A stretch of 64,000 bases of DNA from Tubulanus polymorphus (Eukaryota; Animalia; Nemertea), in assembly GCF_964204645.1 (NCBI RefSeq), contig NC_134027.1, forward strand, positions 3,628,485 to 3,692,484, in the 5' to 3' direction. This document shows positions 26,316-40,018 of this stretch, piece after piece. The notes under the pieces were generated by a model that was not told where the DNA came from, did no database searches, and saw only the letters and a list, made by a program, of their open reading frames with translations. Made by a program: the position numbers and the translations under genes. How positions within the stretch are numbered: position 1 is the first letter of the stretch; the number at the start of each line of letters is the position of its first letter.

Positions 26316-27680
26316 AACTGTCGGATTGTTGAAATGTGAATTTCTGGGATTGATTTACGAATTTTTAAGAAGTACGTTACATAGTGTAGGATTCAATACG
26401 GATTCAAAGATAAGAAACATGCGAGTGTAATTCTTTCTACGATATACAGTGGCAGCTAAATACAAATGCAGTCGGTACTTTAGAGATAGGCGTACGATCA
26501 GTTAACGCGTAACGTGATGTTTTAAACGACTGTAATACTATTCCTGTAAGCGCCAACGGACGGAGCCATCATGTTTCAAGCGGGGTAACGCAATAATAGT
26601 GAAAATTCACTGTTCATCGAAAAACCGAATTATCTTAGTTAATGAAATGATTTTGTCTGACAAGTTTGGAGATAATCGGATCTGCTGGGTCTCATCTGTA
26701 GGTTTGGTTTCATCATGGACTCTGTAACGAGAGTCAGCGAGTTTCATGACGTCGTGTATTGCTTCTATGAATTTTTTCTAATGAACGTTCACCAAGATAT
26801 ATCTCATATCGAAAACTGACAATTCGACTAATGAATTTGACAGTTTTATAGGAATAATTATGATATAACGTTGGATCAATTGCTTTTAATATCACACAAA
26901 GGGGAAGCGTTTCAGACGATAAGGCTTAGTACCGACTCATACCGAGTGTATTAATTGAATTCAGCAATGTTGCGATGAATCAATCTTCGAGTAATTTCAG
27001 ACGAAAAAAGCACTAGTTTTTTCTATTTTGTGTTGTGCTAGAATTTCCTTTCCTTTCGTTGGCTTACAACACTTGGGTATCAGCCAATTTTGTCATTTCA
27101 CATATCCGGTAGGGATTTCTGGTATTTCATTGTGTTGTAGATTACACGTTTTTGATCTCAACTCCCACTCCAGTATTTTCGCATATCTCCGTTAAATTTG
27201 TATTAGTAGTCTTGTAACGTTCCCATTACAATCTAATATATTTTTTCCAGCATTCTAACAGATTTATCAAAAAACAGATTAATCATATTTTTGATTCACC
27301 AACTCCGGTCTAGTGTCATGATTCATCAAGGAAATGTTTGAATTCTATAGTATGGCTGTCGTCGTGTGAAAAATGCCCGCAGCTAAGATTTGTTTGCAAT
27401 GCGATTAGACTTCATTTGAATAAAGTAAAAGTAATGAACAAAGTGAAAGTTCCAGGTATAGAGATGCAGGGTTTTCATCTACACGAAGCAACGTCGTTTC
27501 ATTACGTAGATTTTTGGCATTAAGTTCTATCGAATTTAAGTTTACCAGGTTAATTAATATTCTCTTGTTTCATAGAATATCTATTCGTTATACAGAAATC
27601 GGCATCTTGTATTATCGTACCGTAGCCTTAGACTCTAGAATATCTAATCCACGAAAGTATCTGTGGTATTACCCACCGCG

Positions 27681-27720
27681 TTAGTTTGGCGGTTTAGTTA
27701 GTTAGTTTAGTTAGTTTAGT
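27681..27720. repeat. Degenerate (TTAG/TTTAG)n simple repeat
   Basis: TTTAGTTAGTTAGTTTAGTTAGTTTAGT. Confidence 0.7.
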
Positions 27721-28073
27721 GTTATATATACACTGCTACACGGTGTCGGCGGCATAAAACGCATGTTGCTATATTAAAACGGCTTCAGTGAATAAATGGC
27801 TTTTTTATCGAATCTTGTCGGTATGATATGTAAATTAATGTACGAAGTTCGCCGATTATTACTGAAAATAATTTTGAAAATGTTATGATTTGTGTGTATG
27901 GCGCAGAGCGGCGTTCAGCTGATAATGTTACGGTGGATATGAAATTCTTACGGCCGTCGTGTATTTCAATATGAAATGCAATAAATATGCAAAGAATTTA
28001 AATAAAGATTCTTAATGATCACCGAGTAAGCAATAGAATATCAAATCGGATAGAAAGATGTCGACCTAATTCA

Positions 28074-28379
28074 AACCATTGGATCGATTGAGCTGCAGCT
28101 GGTTTCGAGGTCAGCCCAGCGTTGAAGTTAAAATTGGTCTATATCAGAGTGCCAGAGGTGGACAGATTATACGTCTGGAAGTCGGATGTAATCTAGGACT
28201 CGACGCTGGGTGACTGTAGATCAAATATCAACGGCGACGATTCCATACCAATTACGAACGTTTATATCGATACAATATCAGCCGGAAAACACACCGTCTC
28301 GATCCCGTCCAATCCTATTATATTACATGTTCCTCGCGTCGACATTCGTGGATTCCGAGCAAGCTATATTTTTGGGTGA
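28074..28379 (+). pseudogene. Decayed CUB-domain-like coding remnant
   Basis: Frameshifted pieces YIRVPE / GGQIIRLEV / GDCRS...SNPIILHV...RGFRASY match the order of the CUB consensus (W.I.ap.G.qI.L.F ... sn.l.l.F ... GF.asY). Internal stops and frameshifts are present. Confidence 0.4.
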
Positions 28380-31300
28380 TTATTACAAAGCTGGATGGCA
28401 AAAAGCAACAACACCTAATAATCAAGCTTCATACAGAAGCCTTGTGACCTTTTGGCTGATACGATCGAATTGCTCAGGTCCAGTGTTACATTCTGGCCAA
28501 TATTTGTAGATCACTTTTGATCCGATCGACGTCAGTTTTCATTACAGGTTTTTTTTTCGCTGAAATATCACGAGTCGATCGAGTCGCTTACAATGGAAGG
28601 AAGTTGATGTGTATATTTTTCGACCCAGAGTCCTGATGTGCAATATACCGATCTGATCCACGTCGATTCGATTACCTTCTCTCCACGCTTGATAATATGT
28701 TCCATGGTTGATGGCAAATCTAGTTGTCATTTTTTCCTCTTCGCTTCGTTTTTTCGTTCATTCGAAGTTGTTTCAGAATGTTAAGTTGGTTGTAGTGTTT
28801 GACTGCTGTTTAACTCGGGGATAAATATACGAATCAAAACGTCCAATTGCCTCAGATACGTATCATCAGAATCAACTGGTTATTTCTGCTTTGCTTGTCT
28901 CACATGACGGGTTCCCAGTTCTGGTGACAAATTGACAGCTTTCTTACATGAGCAAAATGTCGTAGTTGTTATCCATCATTAATAAAGCGCCAAACCCAGG
29001 CAGTATCATTTGCAGTATCATTTATAAGTCGGTCTTTTTAATTGGCTCAATGGGATAATGAATCACACGAAAGCTCATACAAAACTGATTTGGTTGTTTC
29101 ACTGTTATGTCGTGTTATGCGGTGTGGATTTACTGGGAAAAAGATAGAATTTGCATTAAAATATATCTTTTTTTTTAATATTCACCGGGGATTTATTCCA
29201 CCTACATCTCAACCATCCGCATTTCCGAAACCATGGAACTCTTCCAGCAAAATATAAACTATATATCTCTGTTTATCATATTTCCATATCAAGGTTACTT
29301 GATTCTCTTAAATGTCGTTTCTTCATCTTTCATGTTGGCTGAAATTTCAGACAGGTGGGATGATAGACTTCAGTAATTGCCTTATTTACACCGCAAAACT
29401 GTCTTCCACTAATCGCTTTATCGAATATTTTGAATATCTGCTCAGTATTTCGTTTGGCAAAAATTGCATTTCTCGCAGTTGTTGTATTTTAAAATCATCG
29501 CGTGAATGGAATACTGTTTTAAATACAAGATTACATACTCGAGTCACGCTTCATTTTCATTACTACTTCAGTTGGTTCTATCCTTTTTCGTCGCAAGAAA
29601 TAAGTAAGTAATTGGGTTTTATTGTCGCAGTCTTCTCTGTGATCAAAGTCACTTTTTCTCGTAGTTCTTCGACCCAGTGCGCAGTGATGGTAATAGATAA
29701 TTTACCCACGGCATAAAGGTATGCATCCATAATGATTAACACGCCGTACCTTTTTGACGTGGTCGGCATATTTGACATCGAATTAGCAAGTGCGTTTCTG
29801 TTCGTATGGTGCATGAACAACAGGTGAATGATAATATGTTCTGAAGCCTAAATAATGGCGCGGATTAAGAGCAAAGATCATTAACGGCGTTACATTGAAA
29901 TTCGTTCATTAACTACTGGTGGAAAGATGATTTCCCAGGTTCACTTCAGTCACTCCGTATCTCAACTGAAATGAAAAAATAACAGGTGGAGGTCTACCCC
30001 TTTCATGCTATCAATGCTTCACAATGCGCGTAGGGAGCGGGGAGGCCGCAGCTTGAACTGAAGAAAAATATACATGTAGATAAGTCTCTTGTAGGAAACA
30101 TGTTTGGTTTGCATAGAATTAATTAAAACCTGAAGGGAATGCCAATTTAAATCCGTGTCATATACAAATGAAAGGATTTCTAATTGAAATTTCACGAGTG
30201 CGGAGGGAAATGAGGTTAACCAGCTTGTACTGACGTTAGAATCAGGCGACAAAATTGGTGCTGAACACGAGCACAAGACGCTAATTGCTGTGCAGAAAAT
30301 CGAAAGCAATCTGAGAGCTAGATGAAAGGGAAATCCTCGCGTTAAGAAGAAAACAAGATTTTCCTGAATTTAATGGATTCTATTAATGCACCATGTGATC
30401 ACCACAACACAAAACATCTCATTTTGCCAGTTATATCCATTTAAGAAATCTATATTCATACCAAGTACTAATGTTGATCTATGAATCTATGCGTAATATC
30501 AGTCGCTGTGACACTAGTGTTTCGGCAGTTTCTCGCCTTCTATGCTGCTTATGCTTCAGAGCTTCGTTCAGTCGGCAAATGACACCAATTGATGCAAGAC
30601 TTTTACTTATATGTGATGTAGAATAAATGACAAGTCCTAATAACCTGATATTCAGTTATGTCAAGCTTCATTTCTTCCATGGCTGAACGATAACAGGAAA
30701 CATTTCAACAAATTAGCGATAAAATGAGGCAATTCCAAGCAATAACTTAATCAATTATTTTAGAAGTAGGACTAGGCTACGGTTCGTCCGGTATCTGGGG
30801 CATATTTGTCGTTTGTTACGCATCATCAGATATGTTATTACTGATGGATAAACCGTGTCGCACCTGGTAAAATAAACAAAGTGTCTCAAGCGAAAAATGC
30901 GTTACGATCTGGGATAATGGTAAATCTGGCATAGAGTCGACGTGTACTGTTTAGGTCGAATGGGTGTCGTGAGTTAGCGTAAAAATATCATATAAAAATC
31001 TAAAACGTTATATTTCTAAGGATATCTACCGATAACCAAAACGTGTGTCAATGACTAACAGAAAGGACTGCGGCCTTCCTTCGAGCAATGATACTATTTT
31101 CGTAGATTGGGGATGTCAAATCAAATTAGATTCCCACTGGTTTCTGATATTGACTTGTAAAACTGTAGATTTTGCATGGCTTTCTCATACAAGCTGCAAC
31201 ATATATAAACTCTGAAAATGATTTGAAAAAACAGTTTAAACAATAGACGAAGCTTTCAACTTGGATAAAGATACGGAGATTGCTGCATCAACCGTTTCAA

Positions 31301-31431
31301 TTCATCCTCTCGCGAAAATGATTGTATGGTCTATCGAGGATGAACTGGATTGGAAATGCAATTACAAGTTTAAGCGTCGAACAGAAGTAGTTGTTTCTGG
31401 TAGAACAACCTAACAACCGTGTCCCGTATAC

Positions 31432-33620
31432 AATAAGCCTTTTTACAGTTTCCAGGCGCCATTTTTTTGGGTACCCGCCGGGTCCGCATTGTTGAATTTT
31501 TTGTCCCTATTTTTCTCCGGTTTAATTTTTTTATTTCGTTCATATCTCTGGATTTGATTAAGATGGAAACAAAGTAGAAATATCGATGAACTCGGCTGAT
31601 AATAAACTTTTTTATGATATCACTCATTTATAAAGTTAATGCAACAATGTGCGCTGGTGAAGTTATAAACATTGATATCGTCTTCCCGATAATTCAACTT
31701 GAATTATTGCTCATCTCATTCAAAAGTTCGTAATTCTTACAAATATTAATCTACATTTTTGAAATTTTCAGGATCAATAGCCATCTATATGTGGTCTTAT
31801 ATACCTTTTACCGTTTTCAATTATCTTTATTAGTTTTTAAGTAATTGCGAGTCAAACTTCCAAAACACGTTTTCCCGGGTCCCCTGGGTGCATCTTTATA
31901 TCAGGAAATTTCACAATTTCACCGGTCCCTACTTTGTTGAAAATCAATTTATTAAGTAACCATGGAAATAAGGGCACCTAGGTTTTTGAAAAATGGTTAT
32001 TAAAGATATATATTCTCTAGGATTTGTCAAAATAAACAAAATAACCCAGGTGTTGCTTTAACCAGCTACCTAGGTTCACAACAGATCATTTTGTCCAACG
32101 TGTTTCATTCGATTCCAAAACTGCACGTACGGGTATACGATTGCAAATGTGAAAGTCAGACATTATGTGGCACATGTATGAGGACCACAGTCTCAATGCT
32201 GCGTCGCATTGCCGTCGCAAATTTGCATGGCTACTTACGTGAAGTGGGCTAATACAGACCTTGTGTGATCAAAACTGACTTGGAATTCGTGCCAAATCTC
32301 AAAACAACTATCAAACACACGAGATCAATTTTGACAGAAAGTAAACGAAAGTTATGTTCCTTACTAATATATTCCAAAGTTCCAATCTTTCCAACACAAT
32401 CGACTAAGCCAAATATATTCAAATTCAATTTGAAACACCTTCCAGCTCTTGTCACGATCAGTAATAAAGATCGAACATCGAACATTCTCAAAAAAGCAAA
32501 GCCGATCCAACGGTTTGCAAGCGTCAAGTTTGACACGGCCGTGGCTGCCTCCATTTGTGTGGAGCTGCTGCTGAAAATTCAAAAATGTAAATCGGGTACC
32601 GGTATTTAACTGAAGACCGAGTGCTCGCCATTACACCATGGTATTTCTGATGGTTAACTTTTGAGCAACTGGCTCCAGAATCACCTGCCAACGGCCATAT
32701 TTCATTGATGCAATATACTGTGAAACGATATAATATAGACGGGAGATCAATGAAACTTAAATGCCTGACACTAAGACTTATTTCGACTTTTTTGATCTTA
32801 GATGATTGGGAGAGGGGTCCAAAAATAAGGACATTTTCCGTGGTTTAAGGCTGTGAGTAGGGTGCCCCTCGGTGTTGAAACAAATACATCCAAAACAATT
32901 TAATTTGCAAGAGGATGAGTGTTAGATTTGTAAGTTTTATGCGATCACTGTCTTGACAAAGATGGTAATCTTAATGGGAAGGAGCAGGGGTCCGGACTAC
33001 CGACCCTCCGAACCCGTAGTCTGTCCCTGTGTTACTAGAAATATATCTCTATTTACCATTTTTTTCAAATAACTAGGTGCCCTTGTTTCCATAGTTACTG
33101 AAAATTTTGATTTTAACAATGTAGGACCGGTTAAATTGGCAAATTTCTTGATATAAATATGCACACATGATACTCTAGAAAACGTGTTTTGGAAGTTTGA
33201 CTCGCAATTACTTAAAAACTAATAAAGATAATTGAAAACGGTAAAAGGTATATAAAACCACATATAGATGGCTATTGATCCTGAAAATTTCAAAAATGTA
33301 GATTAATATTTGTAAGAATTACGAACTTTTGAATGAGATGAGCAATAATTCAAGTTGAATTATCGGGAAGACGATATCAATGTTTATAACTTCACCAGCG
33401 CACATTGTTGCATTAACTTTATAAATGAGTGATATCATAAAAAAGTTTATTATCAGCCGAGTTCATCGATATTTTTACTTTGTTTCTATCTTAATCAAAT
33501 CCAGAGATATGAACGAAATAAAAAAATTAAACCGGAGAAAAATAGGGACAAAAAATTCAACAATGCGGACCCGGCGGGTACCCAAAAAAATGGCGCCTGG
33601 AAACTGTAAAAAGGCTTATT
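31432..33620. mobile_element. Non-autonomous DNA transposon/foldback, about 2.19 kb, with 443-bp near-identical TIRs
   Basis: 31432-31874 is the reverse complement of 33178-33620 (about 3 mismatches seen). Degenerate inverted similarity continues inward to about 32020/33035. The mirrored ORFs 31370-31627(-) and 33425-33622(+) reflect the TIRs. No recognisable transposase inside. Confidence 0.92.
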
Positions 33621-34547
33621 AGATACGCACATTGAATCAGGAACAACCGACAGCATAACAGTACGCCAGCTGATATAGTCTGTTTTATTCTATCAATTCT
33701 ATTTTCTACATGTCTCAAAAAGAGATCTGCATCATGATTTACAAAACGATTACAAAATTAGAAATGATGATTATGAGTTTGAATTATTAACTTCTCAATA
33801 ATTCAGAAATCATATACCTGCTCGACTCAGATATGAATGATTACGTTTTAATTGCGAATAAAAGATTCCAGAAGAGCAATTCGCTTTGAAATATTACCAC
33901 CAACGAATTTATGAAATATCAATTAATCAAACCCTCGAACGAACGTACGATGCTCTGTTGGAAGCGTTGACGCAATTTCACAACATTCAATTCAATATTT
34001 CCTCCCTCTCTACAATCCTTTTCTTCTTTTTCTTTTCTTCTGCAGTCTGAAGAGCAAAACTATCTATTGAATCACTCGCGTTGATTTACACACCTTTACC
34101 GTTGTTGCATAAAACGATATTTCGCAGATGAAGCACGTAACCAATTAGTGGTAGCTATGTTTTATGGCAATCACGAATTTGTATCAAGAACAGCATATAT
34201 CGTACGAACCAGGTGCTAGTTCACATATAGCAAAAAAAAAAACACCCATTACAAGACAGACGGGTTTCATCAAAGAGGGATGAAAACCTCAGTCTTGTCT
34301 AACTGCGAATAAAGGGTAAATGGATTAATCGCTATCAGACTGCGCGTAAAACAATTAGAATAAAACACGTAAAATATTCTAAAATGTATAATTATTTCTG
34401 AATCCAAACCTATCGTTAACCAACGTTTGTTATCATACAGACAATGCGCAATATACAGTTATCACAATACCGGACATTTTTTTATTTACATGTTAATCTT
34501 ATACGCTAGAATGATAGGCTTACAAGGCACAGAATGTTCAACATAAC

Positions 34548-34596
34548 CATGGACGTATAAACCAAATAGATATATAACCTAGCTTATACGTCCATG
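34548..34596. mobile_element. 49-bp CATGGAC-type hairpin micro-element
   Basis: 13-bp perfect TIR CATGGACGTATAA / TTATACGTCCATG. Flanks ACATAAC / ATATATC match 5/7, a possible decayed TSD. Confidence 0.65.
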
Positions 34597-37500
34597 ATAT
34601 ATCGTACGTATTAAATATCCAGACAGACTACCTTTCCGCCGTAAGCGACGCCATTATAGGTGGAAACATATACATTTCAAAATCTGTTAGCACGATACTT
34701 ATTACGTCAATTTCTGAAAGGATATTATATAAAAATTTAGCGCGTTTCAATTCTCGTTATTTCTGAAATGATCATATGCATCGCATTCACATAACATTAT
34801 GATAATAAGGAGTCTACTTAATTTTTGTTAAGCCGAAGTGCAACTGTATTTTGAAGTTAGCAAACTCACGCTTGGCAAATCATCCTTACGATGTTTTTTG
34901 GCAGTTTGAAGCGACAATTTATCTATCATTACCTATGATCGATCAAGTTTCCTAATCAAATAGATTAATAAAAGCTCTACTTTAATTAGACGTAGAGCAT
35001 TAACGAAACGCCTGATAATGTTTTGTTCACACGTCATTGAAGCGAGTTCCATTGCACTCTCAACGCGAATGTGAAATAATTATAAATCACGGTAAATTCG
35101 TTATTTCTGATCTAAATTAAGATTTAATGGGAGGGTGCAATCTGCGAGTGCGTCTGCGTAAAAACTTTGTTTATAGTTGAATAACACGACGGTGAAAATG
35201 GCAGTGCTCCGAGCCATTGTGTGTGGTTTGAGATCAATTATTCACACGATCAGTATTTCTCATTTTCGGCTTAGTTTTACTCGGAGATCGTGTAGACTTG
35301 AGTCGTAAATTAACCAAGTCATGATGGGTATTGTGATGAAAATATATGGAACGACCTTTTATAATGACAAATTATCCTAATGATGAGTAAAAGGCGTAGA
35401 TAATGATTAATCCTATTTCCCGATAATTTGTCGAGGTTTTTTTCAGCACGCGCCATGAATTCTATGGGAATAGTATACACCAAGCATAAATGAATAAAAT
35501 CGCCGTGCAAATAATGTAAATTTCAGCCATTGAGAGACACCTTTATGAACGACTGTACTTTCCCTACGGGGTTCACTTCTGATTCGGTATTCAGACATTT
35601 CTTCTGCACAGAGTGGTTTGGCTTCCTTTCCCATACAAATATCTACAAAGGTTGTTGTTCGTCGCCGCCGAGAAATAGCGCGATCATTTGTCATTATGAT
35701 CTCGCATTCGCTTCCCAAACCCGATATTCAGTAACGCGAAGTCTTTTCACAACGTTCTGGATATCATCTGAATAAATGGCGCCTTCTGTACCACCATAAC
35801 TTCCAAATTGATGGATTATCACCTGCATAACTAATTTGACCTCTTGTTGAGGATAGATTTTAGCGTGGCATTGTACCGAAAAAGTTTCATCACACCTATA
35901 GTTATCTCATTCATTTGCTTACAGTTTAAACTCTAACGTAGTTCGTTTCTTTGTATCGACGTAGCGCACGTAAATGTTCCGGATACGGGGAATTGTTAAA
36001 AACACAAACGCCGCGCACAGTTGGTTTTACCGGCACCCGAGATCAAAGAATCCTGTCATTCAGAATAGAAAAAAATCAATAAAAAATCCATTATCTCAGC
36101 CGATGAATGTCCGGAGGAAATGGTTCTAGTTAGATCATATTAACTTGTTGACTTGTTTATTCTGTTTAAAGGATAAAACGTCTTTTCCGACAAAGACAGT
36201 TTCAAAATAATACATAAAACCATGCGCAAAAGTGCAAATTACAAATTTCGTTTCCGGTTCATTCAAACAATCTTCAAATCAGTTTGAACCGGGCAAGCGA
36301 CTGATTGGGGTTAACTTTTTTTTCCGCCTAATTTAATACATCGAGATTTTGGAAATAACTCCTATCAGGTTGAAGATAATTCCGTCCTCATGAGTCGCAA
36401 AACGATATTATCGATGGACTATCGATGGATCAGGATTTGAACAGAATTGTTGATAATCTTGGTCTTAACAAAAAGCAAGTTGATAGCATTGTTTTCCGAC
36501 GCATTAACCGTAACAATGATGAAAATACCCCGCGAAAACGTCTATCATCCGTAGCTTTTTAGAACTAATAGATCGTCGGGTGCATCTGAACAGTCACGTT
36601 CAGTTTGCTTCAGATATCGGTTTCGAATCAACACTCCTACGACACTCGATCCGGTGAATAATGCATTCTGATTCATCTAGTAAATCTCGTTTCAAATCTT
36701 AAAGTTGGTGAACGCGTATTTGCGTATTGCGAGCAAATTTTCAAGGTTAGCAAAATTACCAACGTGGTTTCCATTCGAAGCACGCGTTGAGCTTGACAAA
36801 AATTATTTCACTGGCAAGAACACTGACACCGCTGAACATGTTATGAATGAGTTAAGGTGTCATCGGCCTCAAATGTACAATAATTTTCCATTTGCTAGAG
36901 AATAGGTGTAATTGGGTGTGAAAGCGACATTCGCTAAGAACGAAAAGGTGGGATATCGTCTTAATTGCATTTGTTCGCGAATCATCGAACGGTATATTTT
37001 CTTTTTCGTGAAAAAAATGGAAAGTCAACGTTTGATTGGGGAATCTATCGGTGTTCGAGATGATGAATTGATAAAAAAACATCGCATTGAAGTCATTCAA
37101 ACAGTATTTTTTAAGAAATATCATCATCTATTCAGCGAAATTCATGAAATACGTTGACGTTTCAATCATCTCCATCCCGATCGCATAACGCGTTCTATTT
37201 AGACCGAAAATTATAAACCATGCTCAGTGTCAAAACCATAAGTGAAGCGGCTGATGTCTCAACGCTTTTGCTGCAAATGGATGCATTATTTGCGGCAATA
37301 TGAGACGTCGCCATTCACGCAAAATTGAGGCTAGTGTTCAATCATCGCTGAGGTGTGGATGATTTCTGATGTGTCACAACGAATAAAAATACAAATGAGA
37401 CTTGGTTTTTTCTGTATCACCGCCTTACACTGACAGTGTCACGTTATGACGGATTTTAGTAACAGTTCTGCGGTGACCCGAGAGAGATACAAATCAATAT

Positions 37501-40018
37501 ATCAGCTCACCATCATTCTGATTTGCCAACCACCAACACTGATCTAGTACTTTTGCATCCGTTGTGACTTTTAGATCAAGGAAACTAAAGATATACCGGA
37601 TACGTAAAGATAGATAATATTCTGCAATGTCTAATTATGTACTTCGATTTAAAACGTTACTGGCAGGTGCGGTGGGTCTGTGGGACACCAAACAAATCAA
37701 AATATATTAGACAAAATCTACAAATTAAATAAATAACTGGATCAATCCTTATTTCATGATCAAGATAGATTACATTACAATGTTTCACATTCGACATATC
37801 TCTATTTTATCGTGTGTGTGTGTGGTGATGATGGAACTTCTCTTATTTTGCTTATTAGATTTAGTTTCGACGGTGACATAAAAAATCCAGAAAGATAAGA
37901 GTCATTTTTAAATGTTGATGAACACGACCGACTCACGTGTATCATGAATGGAATTTTGGATGAGCTTATATATTGATCTTGGAAATTTCCTAATTTGAAG
38001 AAAAAAATGATTCTAGAACTCGTATTATAAGGGTATTCCTTCGTCCTGATGCGAGTGATGTAGATTGACAATACTCGATCAATGCGCCCGAGATCCAAAG
38101 TTTACTGTAGGAAGGCTGGATTGCAGCATTTTAAGTTCGCAAGTAAATTACAGAATTAGACAGGGCCCGCAAGACGTCACCTACGGAGCGGAATAATCCC
38201 TGAACGTGGTCGACGAAGATGTTAGTACATAAATGATATTGGCACATTTACTCGTCTGTTTACTTTTCATCAGTAACGCCTGCTGCGGTGATAGCAGTTT
38301 ATTTCGATACGCTTTTGCTTTTCCAAGCCAATTTATCTCCTATTGGAATTGAACTGTTTCATCAATTACTATCGATTCGAGATGTTTATACGACAAAAAG
38401 ATCGCTGCATGTTAAAAAGAGCAATTATTTTAAGTGGTTTAATTTTCTTCGTAGCTTAACGTCTTTGTATGCAGGAGATAGTAGACCTAAATCTGAGGTC
38501 TAATTTCAACGAAGCACGGATTGAACAGAAATGCAAATGGCTTTCAACTGAATACGTTTCGCAACTGAAATGTTTCGAGCACATTTAGTTATGATGTTTC
38601 CATTTAATCACCCATCACCAGAAAGTTTTGATGAGAAAACATGCGATGCATCATCGCGACTAAAGCTTTTAGATAATATAATTACACCGAAATATACTTG
38701 CAATAAATCAGGCCAATGTTATTGGGGTCTTGTAATATATCATTGAAGGCTTATGGAATTTTGATAAAGATTGATAAGACATCTATCATGTGTCATTAGC
38801 GGATAAACGGAACTGGTGCTAGTCGAGATGAGATGCCCTGTCCATTTTATCGGAACGCGAAATCTAGGATATATAAGTAAACTGGCCACACAGAACAACT
38901 TCATTAAAGTGCCTGCCATACGAAATAGCGATTAATGAATTACGGATAACGCGTTGAGCACCCGTTTAATCACGCTGCTGAGAAATCCGTTGCAGCTCGA
39001 GACTAGAAGCGGATGGCATTCAAGGTTTTCTTATCGTGCGGTGTTAATAAGAGCGCGCGAAACATTTAAATAACGACTTACTGCACAGAAGCCTTCGATG
39101 AGACTTCACCAATTCGTGAAATCGTTAAATCCGCATTAAAACACTTTTACGATCCTTTACATTTATCCAAGTACTTTCTCATCACCGGTGGCTTAATAGC
39201 GAAGGTTACTAAGACGTCCTATCTACGTCGTCGTCGGGAATACTAATTTTTGGAAGAAAATCCGATCCAGTCAAATCCTCAGCCATAGAAATTGAAACGA
39301 TAACGAAGGATATTCAACGTAACAACAACATTTTTTGATAAGAAAGATTTTAATAGTTCTTTTTTTTGTTGAAGACAATAATGACGGCACCTTCAAAAAT
39401 GTTTTATGTATATGCCATCATCAGTAACAATTCAATTCAATTATATACAAGTTTATACAGCGGATAAAGCCTTTTGAATATACTATACAGGCACTCCCGT
39501 GATCACGTGTATATCACACTAACTCAGTTATTTGCGCAACTATATTTTAAGATACTTCAGATTTGAAAAGAAAACTTAACACAAAACAAGTTGCATTTAA
39601 TTATTTGCACAATGCTTCATGACATAATCAACTTTTTGTCGTTGTTCTAAATATTTTTACATTACGATTCATGCATGTATGCTTATACCTGCAGATCTTC
39701 AAAGCTACTTAGAAGAAGTTACAGTTGAAATAAAGAAATAATATATATTAAGACATCTTTTGTAACACAAGAATAGCATTGAAGTCCAATACACTATAAA
39801 TGATCGGGAATTTAACGAACGCCACATGTATTCTAGCGGTCACACGTAAGTCTATTTATGTAAGTATGATATTTTTTTCTTCGTTTCTCTTTATTGTCAT
39901 AGAACTCTGCGATAGGTGAAATATTGTTATTGGACACGAAGAAATGATCGACCCAAAATCGCTATTGAAGCCTACGTTTTCAACGTCTTAAGTTGAGATT
40001 CTTATGGTTCATTGACCG

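Noticed and set aside
25804-26430. Overlapping alternative ORFs around the CCDC190-like gene
   Set aside because: Shadow frames of the coiled-coil CDS.
29900-30330. Several acceptor-like sites and a 96-aa - strand ORF
   Set aside because: Could not be assembled into a consistent coding gene. A lncRNA cannot be judged from sequence alone.
31370-33622. Duplicated MSDIIKKF... ORFs on opposite strands and overlapping internal ORFs at 32249-32609
   Set aside because: Mirror images within the TIRs. No transposase or domain motifs are recognisable.
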